Assembly: GCA_016840465.1 (NCBI GenBank)
Contig: JAEOSH010000042.1
Coordinates: 1 to 21,139, forward strand
DNA: 21,139 bases
Direction: 5' to 3'
DNA from: Candidatus Baldrarchaeum yapensis
GTDB lineage: Archaea; Asgardarchaeota; Baldrarchaeia; Baldrarchaeales; Baldrarchaeaceae
Below, one piece after another: positions 16,617 to 21,139 of this stretch (positions within the stretch are counted from its first letter, which is position 1; each line of letters opens with the position of its first letter). The position numbers and the translations under genes are program-made. The notes beneath the pieces are model-generated. The model ran no database searches. It worked only from the letters and a program-made list of their open reading frames with translations, and was not told the origin of the DNA.

Positions 16617-17372
16617 TTGATGTCGAGGATCAAGAGGTTCTGCACAGAGTGCGGGAAGGAAGACATCAAGCTCACAAGTTCGATGCTCTGCGAGAAGTGC
16701 TTTCTTAAGAAGTTTCCGCTTTTCGAGTTAAAGGAGCATAGATTTCCTGTTAAGGTATGCCCATCCTGCTTTTCGTATAGTCTCAAGAGAGGATTCATAA
16801 GCACGAGATCCCGCAATTTTGAGCAAGTTTTCAGGGAAATTATAGAAAGAGTTGTTAAAAAAGCAATATCGGTGCAATTTTACGCAGATATCTCTGAAAT
16901 ATCGTATGATCCTCCGTCCGAGCCCGTACGTAGGGTTATACCCGTATCCGTAGTTCTGAAGCATAAAGAGGAGGATGTGCGCGACTCGGCGATAATAGAG
17001 GTGGAATTGATACCTGAAAAGTGCCCAATGTGCAGGAGGAGGGAGAGAGGGGTATCTGAGGCAATTATACAATTGAGAAAGGAAAAAGGCAGGGTATCGG
17101 ATGAAGAGGTTAACGCAGTATTGTCCATAATTGAGAATCTTGCGGCAAGTAGTGGCAACCCGAAAGCGTACGTCGCAGACGTTAGGAAAAGTGGAAAGGG
17201 ATACGACATTTTCATCGGGGATCTAAAGTTTGCCGAAAGGGCGGCAAACGCTGTTAAGAGGAAGATAGGCTGCAAGATCAAGATCTCCAGGACCGTATCG
17301 GGAGTGGACGATAGTGGGAGACCAATCATGACGGCTTCCATACTTCTGATCCTGTCAAGTAGACAGAGATGA
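16617..17372 (+). CDS. nmd3: Archaeal NMD3-family ribosome-associated zinc protein
   Basis: Four CxxC pairs (CTEC, CEKC, CPSC, CPMC) in NMD3 spacing, followed by EAIIQLR and GYDIFIG. Confidence 0.88.
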   Translation: MMSRIKRFCTECGKEDIKLTSSMLCEKCFLKKFPLFELKEHRFPVKVCPSCFSYSLKRGFISTRSRNFEQVFREIIERVVKKAISVQFYADISEISYDPPSEPVRRVIPVSVVLKHKEEDVRDSAIIEVELIPEKCPMCRRRERGVSEAIIQLRKEKGRVSDEEVNAVLSIIENLAASSGNPKAYVADVRKSGKGYDIFIGDLKFAERAANAVKRKIGCKIKISRTVSGVDDSGRPIMTASILLILSSRQR

Positions 17373-17737
17373 CAAAATTCAATTTACCGTCGCTATATAG
17401 GTTGTTATACCCGCGGAACAAAATGTTTACTCCTCAAAGAGGACTTTATGATTACAGCGATTCGGGATCTCGAGAATAAGGGCGTATAACCTCCGCATTC
17501 ATGCGAAATCTTGCAATCTTAGATACTGTGTTGCGGGCTGGTACGGATTTTCCTAATAAGTGTACTGACTAGGGCATTTGTTGTAACAGGCACAAAATGC
17601 AAGTATTAATTTGAGCGTTACAATAAAGCGTCGAATGCGTAGCATTTGATACGAGATAATCTTTTATTGTTCCAAAAGACACAATATATTACAATCTACT
17701 ACCACTCTGGGAAGAGGTGAACTGCGAGAGTGGTTAC

Positions 17738-18385
17738 ATGGGTCCAGAGGGAGGCCTCACCGACCTTGCAAAAAGCGAAGAGTTTCTAAAAACTGTTGCA
17801 GAAGAACTGGTAAAAAGGCCGCATTTGCTGAAGAAGCTTGTTGAGGCGGCAATAGGTGCAGCACTTGCCACGGACGTCTTTGAGGTGATAAGAAAAAGGA
17901 GGTCGGTGAGGAACTTTCAGGACAAGGAGATTCCCATGGAGAAAATACTTAAAGTTCTGGACGCCGCGCGGTGGGCACCTAGCGCCAAAAACAGTCAGCC
18001 ATGGGACTTCATAGTGGTCAGGGATCCGGAGAAGAAAAGGAAGTTAGCAGAAATGGCGCCGTTCGGGAAGTTCATAGAAAGAGCCCCGGTGCTGATAGTC
18101 GTCGTCACGGATCCGAAGAAATCCCCAACACACATAATAGACGGAGCATGCGCCGTCGAGAACATGTTTCTAGCCGCTCAGGCCCTCGGGTTGGGCACAT
18201 GCTGGGTCGATATCTTTGATCAAAGACGGGCGAAGGAACTTCTGTCCATACCGGAACACAAATACATACTCACTGTTGTGCCGCTAGGATATCCGGCGGG
18301 TGAACCGGCTAGGTCCACGCGCAAACCCTTAGAGGAGTGCGTGCATTTAGAGGAGTTCGGAAAGCGTCTTGCCAATCCCAAATAG
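17738..18385 (+). CDS. Nitroreductase family protein with ~44-aa N-terminal extension (start uncertain: GTG 17717, ATG 17738)
   Basis: DVFEVIRKRRSVRNF, AARWAPSAKNSQPWDFIVV, ENMFLAAQALGLGTCWV, LGYP. Confidence 0.92.
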   Translation: MGPEGGLTDLAKSEEFLKTVAEELVKRPHLLKKLVEAAIGAALATDVFEVIRKRRSVRNFQDKEIPMEKILKVLDAARWAPSAKNSQPWDFIVVRDPEKKRKLAEMAPFGKFIERAPVLIVVVTDPKKSPTHIIDGACAVENMFLAAQALGLGTCWVDIFDQRRAKELLSIPEHKYILTVVPLGYPAGEPARSTRKPLEECVHLEEFGKRLANPK

Positions 18386-18429
18386 TGTCTGATATGGATG
18401 GATAGAGGCGCCGGCAAATCTGTGAGGGA

Positions 18430-19761
18430 GTGGACATGGAGGACCTGACATTTATCGAGATATGGAATGTCATGATGGACCATGTTGAATCTGCCATCCG
18501 CGCGGTCATATTCTTCCTCCACCTTAGGAAGGTATTCGGCATGCTCGACTTCGAGATAGATCACTCCAGAAAGCGCATCGTGATAAAGAAATATAACCCC
18601 GATGCCGAGCTCCTCTGCAGGCTCTACATATTCAATGACACGATAATTCACATGATGAAGAAACTCCCGATACCCGTGGCATGCGCGGCAAACTTCCCAA
18701 GTTACGATAAACTCAACGGACTCTCGGTCGAGTTCGTTGCTAAACATCTGGGAATAAACGTAGATTCCCTTATGGAAGTCCTAAGGCGCGCAGAGAGGCA
18801 CAGTGTCATTTCAATAAGGGACGGAAGGGTCTTCATAGAGAGAAGCGCATACGAGCACATCAGGATACTCGCAACCATGTGGAGGCAGTTTCTAAATGAT
18901 GCGAAAAATCTAATGAAGGCGGTGATCGAGGCATATTCGTACGAGATACGAGGAAGACGCATGGAGTTCTCCGAGTTCCTCGATTTCATAAATCTGGAGA
19001 CGAGCAAAATAATTGAGAGAGTCGCATGGACCCTCAGAGGAATTCCGGAGGACTTCAAGTTTCCCGAAGAGGTGATAACACCCAATAGGAAACTCCTGCA
19101 ACATATCGAAAGCATAAGGAAGCTCATATACAAGGATGAATTTCTGATATTGAATAGTATGCTTATTGAAGCGTTCCACGCGCTCCGCCATGGGGATGTT
19201 AAAAAGTGCGAACAGGTACTGGGTAACCTCTTAAAGAAGTTCCCAAATGACCGGTACCTGAAGTGCCTGCTGGCCTTCGTGAGACTGGTTTCAGGGAAAT
19301 ACGAAGAGGTGGTAAGTCTGCTCGATGAAGTAATGCGCGAGGGATGCAACTCTTACATATCGAAACTCCTCCTCGCCTTCTCTCTCATGAGCCTAGGAAA
19401 TGAGGAAATGTGCGAGAAGGTCCTGCGCTTGGATGAGTACCAGATCACGCAGTCGTGTAGCTACGACGATGCGGTTCTCAGCAAATCATTGATGAGGCTC
19501 GGGGTCTTTGACCTCTTAGTGGAGGTATACAGCTGCCTTAAGGAAAGATTCCCCGAGAATTACAGGCTCAGGTGGGTCTTCGGCTGGATACTCGCAAATA
19601 TAGGGGCACTCGACAAGGCCCACGCGGAACTAACTGATGCAATAAGCATAGCCGAGTCCCTCACAAACAAGTACGCCACCTCCAGAGTCCTACATGACTT
19701 AGTCGCAATGAGGAGGATAGTTAATGGCATGGACTCCATATTCTTGAGCACACTCGCTTGA
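18430..19761 (+). CDS. Hypothetical protein with central winged-helix-like segment and C-terminal TPR-like repeats
   Basis: 443-aa ORF. LSVEFVAKHLGINVDSLMEVLRRAERHSVISIRDGRVFI is wHTH-like. Helix pairs such as FPNDRYLKCLLAFVRLVSGKYEEVVSLLDEV and FPENYRLRWVFGWILANIGALDKAHAELTDAI are TPR-like. The start may be ATG 18436. Confidence 0.8.
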   Translation: MDMEDLTFIEIWNVMMDHVESAIRAVIFFLHLRKVFGMLDFEIDHSRKRIVIKKYNPDAELLCRLYIFNDTIIHMMKKLPIPVACAANFPSYDKLNGLSVEFVAKHLGINVDSLMEVLRRAERHSVISIRDGRVFIERSAYEHIRILATMWRQFLNDAKNLMKAVIEAYSYEIRGRRMEFSEFLDFINLETSKIIERVAWTLRGIPEDFKFPEEVITPNRKLLQHIESIRKLIYKDEFLILNSMLIEAFHALRHGDVKKCEQVLGNLLKKFPNDRYLKCLLAFVRLVSGKYEEVVSLLDEVMREGCNSYISKLLLAFSLMSLGNEEMCEKVLRLDEYQITQSCSYDDAVLSKSLMRLGVFDLLVEVYSCLKERFPENYRLRWVFGWILANIGALDKAHAELTDAISIAESLTNKYATSRVLHDLVAMRRIVNGMDSIFLSTLA

Positions 19762-19812
19762 TTGCATACCTTTTTATTTTCGGAATTTAAATCTATTCAA
19801 GGGAGGGTTCTT

Positions 19813-21048
19813 ATGGAGGCAAAGCCCCGATCTGCGAGGTGGTTCATGCTCTTCCTAACGTGGTTCGTGTGTCTTGCATCATGTCTATCCTGGTATGCGT
19901 TTATTCCACTAAGACCGGAAATTATGAGAGATTTGGGCCTCGAAGAGACAGAGGTGTCGCTGATAGCATCCATGGTGCTACTGGGGTTTGCGGCGTTTTG
20001 CATACCTGGAGGGATCATTGCAGATAAGCTGGGAACGAAAAGGGCCATTGGCATATGGTCGCTGTTATTTGCCGCCTTTACCTTCGCCAAGGGCGCCACA
20101 TGGGGGTTTGTTGATTGGGTAATTGTAAATCTTCTCTTCGGAATGGCAATTGCGTGTGCATTTCCGGGATATCCAAGAGCAGTGGAAGAGTGGTTTCCAC
20201 GAGAAGAATTGGCATTTGCATCGGGTCTCTACTTTACGGGGTTCGGTCTCGGGTTGACCCTCGCTCTGGCCGTGACTCCCACAATGGTATTGCCCCTACT
20301 GGGAAGTTGGCGAACATGCTTCTACTTCTGGGGAACCGTTGCTCTCCTTGCCAGCCTAGCATGGTGGCTAGGGTACAGAACCGGACCGTACACCGCCGAA
20401 CGCTCACATGAACACGGGATTCCGCTGAAGAAGGCATTTATGAAGGTTATCAAGACGAAAACCTTATGGCTACTCGTAATAGCATACTCTTGTTCCCTCG
20501 CGGTGTTTTTTGAGTACAGCCATGACCTTCCATCCGAACTTATAGCAAGATGGGAGAGTATAATGGGACTGGAGGAGGCACGCGTGAGAGCCTCATTGGT
20601 GGCGTCCTCTCTCACATTCGGGGCACTTGTGGGAAACTTGGTGGGCCCCTTCATATCCGACAGGGTGGGGTTACGCAGACCCATAATAATATCCTGTAGC
20701 GCTCTGGCGGCTATCTTCGTGTATCTTGGAACTGTACCAGGCATTGAAGTCGTGGGAGCGTTTTTAGCAGGGATCTGCATGGGATCAATATACCCGATAT
20801 TTCTGACCATACCACTGGAAGCTAGCGATATAGGTCATGAGATCACCGGATCGGCCGTTGGAATCCTTTCTTCTATGGCAAACCTCTCTGCTGCGATCTT
20901 TGTCGCAGTAGGAGGAATTGTTGCCGAAACCTTTGGCACTCACATGATAGCCTTCTATATCGGAATGCTGCTTCTCGTCATTTCGGCACTCATGGGTGTA
21001 CTCCTTCCCGAAACCGGAAGGCGACATCCTACGGAATCTAAAAAATAG
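19813..21048 (+). CDS. Major facilitator superfamily transporter
   Basis: MFS motif A twice (GGIIADKLGTKR; GPFISDRVGLRR), EWFPREELAFASGL, about 12 TM. The start is placed at ATG 19813 because of a GGAGGG SD and a TTTAAA TATA-like site upstream. Confidence 0.93.
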   Translation: MEAKPRSARWFMLFLTWFVCLASCLSWYAFIPLRPEIMRDLGLEETEVSLIASMVLLGFAAFCIPGGIIADKLGTKRAIGIWSLLFAAFTFAKGATWGFVDWVIVNLLFGMAIACAFPGYPRAVEEWFPREELAFASGLYFTGFGLGLTLALAVTPTMVLPLLGSWRTCFYFWGTVALLASLAWWLGYRTGPYTAERSHEHGIPLKKAFMKVIKTKTLWLLVIAYSCSLAVFFEYSHDLPSELIARWESIMGLEEARVRASLVASSLTFGALVGNLVGPFISDRVGLRRPIIISCSALAAIFVYLGTVPGIEVVGAFLAGICMGSIYPIFLTIPLEASDIGHEITGSAVGILSSMANLSAAIFVAVGGIVAETFGTHMIAFYIGMLLLVISALMGVLLPETGRRHPTESKK

Positions 21049-21139
21049 TAGACGTAATTTTTAAACTATTAACTTCCCACAATTTTTCGTTTCTCAGTAC
21101 TCACTATATTTATAATGTCAATTGTGACAATATTCAGTG

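Noticed and set aside
17403-17490. GTTATAC...GTATAAC inverted repeat and TCCTC-AAA-GAGGA hairpin
   Set aside because: Short arms, no sustained pairing and no GC enrichment; not distinguishable from background.
19762-19812. TTG start for the MFS gene at 19762
   Set aside because: This stretch holds a T-tract terminator for the upstream gene, a TATA-like site and an SD in front of ATG 19813.
397-20810. The many short antisense or alternate-frame ORFs nested in long genes (e.g. 11454-12032, 18702-19349, 20322-20810, 16880-17341)
   Set aside because: They are shadows of well-supported genes, with Ser/Ile-rich antisense composition and no motifs or SD sites.
1-21139. CRISPR array, transposase, integrase or rRNA
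   Set aside because: No regularly spaced repeats and no matching motifs were seen on either strand by eye.

Overview
Archaeal genomic window, probably from a thermophile. This is inferred from an NMD3 homologue, TATA/BRE-type promoters, GGAGG/GGTGA Shine-Dalgarno sites, T-tract terminators and a class III signal peptide; I cannot assign the lineage. Intact genes: ABC-2-type exporter pair, K+-independent H+-pyrophosphatase (hppA), AbrB-type antitoxin, class II glutamine amidotransferase, DedA + DUF445 membrane operon, extended SDR co-transcribed with two paralogous uncharacterised membrane proteins, PLP aminotransferase + NMD3, nitroreductase with an odd N-terminal extension, a wHTH/TPR-like protein and an MFS transporter. 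The ORF track misses several things that can be read by hand: a 5'-partial pilin-like gene at the left edge and four pseudogenes (retropepsin-like protease, acyl-CoA ligase remnant, VapC toxin with an in-frame TGA, small membrane protein). It also misses a ~180-nt GC-rich multi-hairpin element (5754-5931, minus strand) behind its own TATA box that matches no RNA family I recognise. That element and the SDR/paralogue-pair operon are the best candidates for something undescribed. No CRISPR array, tRNA, rRNA or transposase was seen. All family calls are by motif recognition without database searches.
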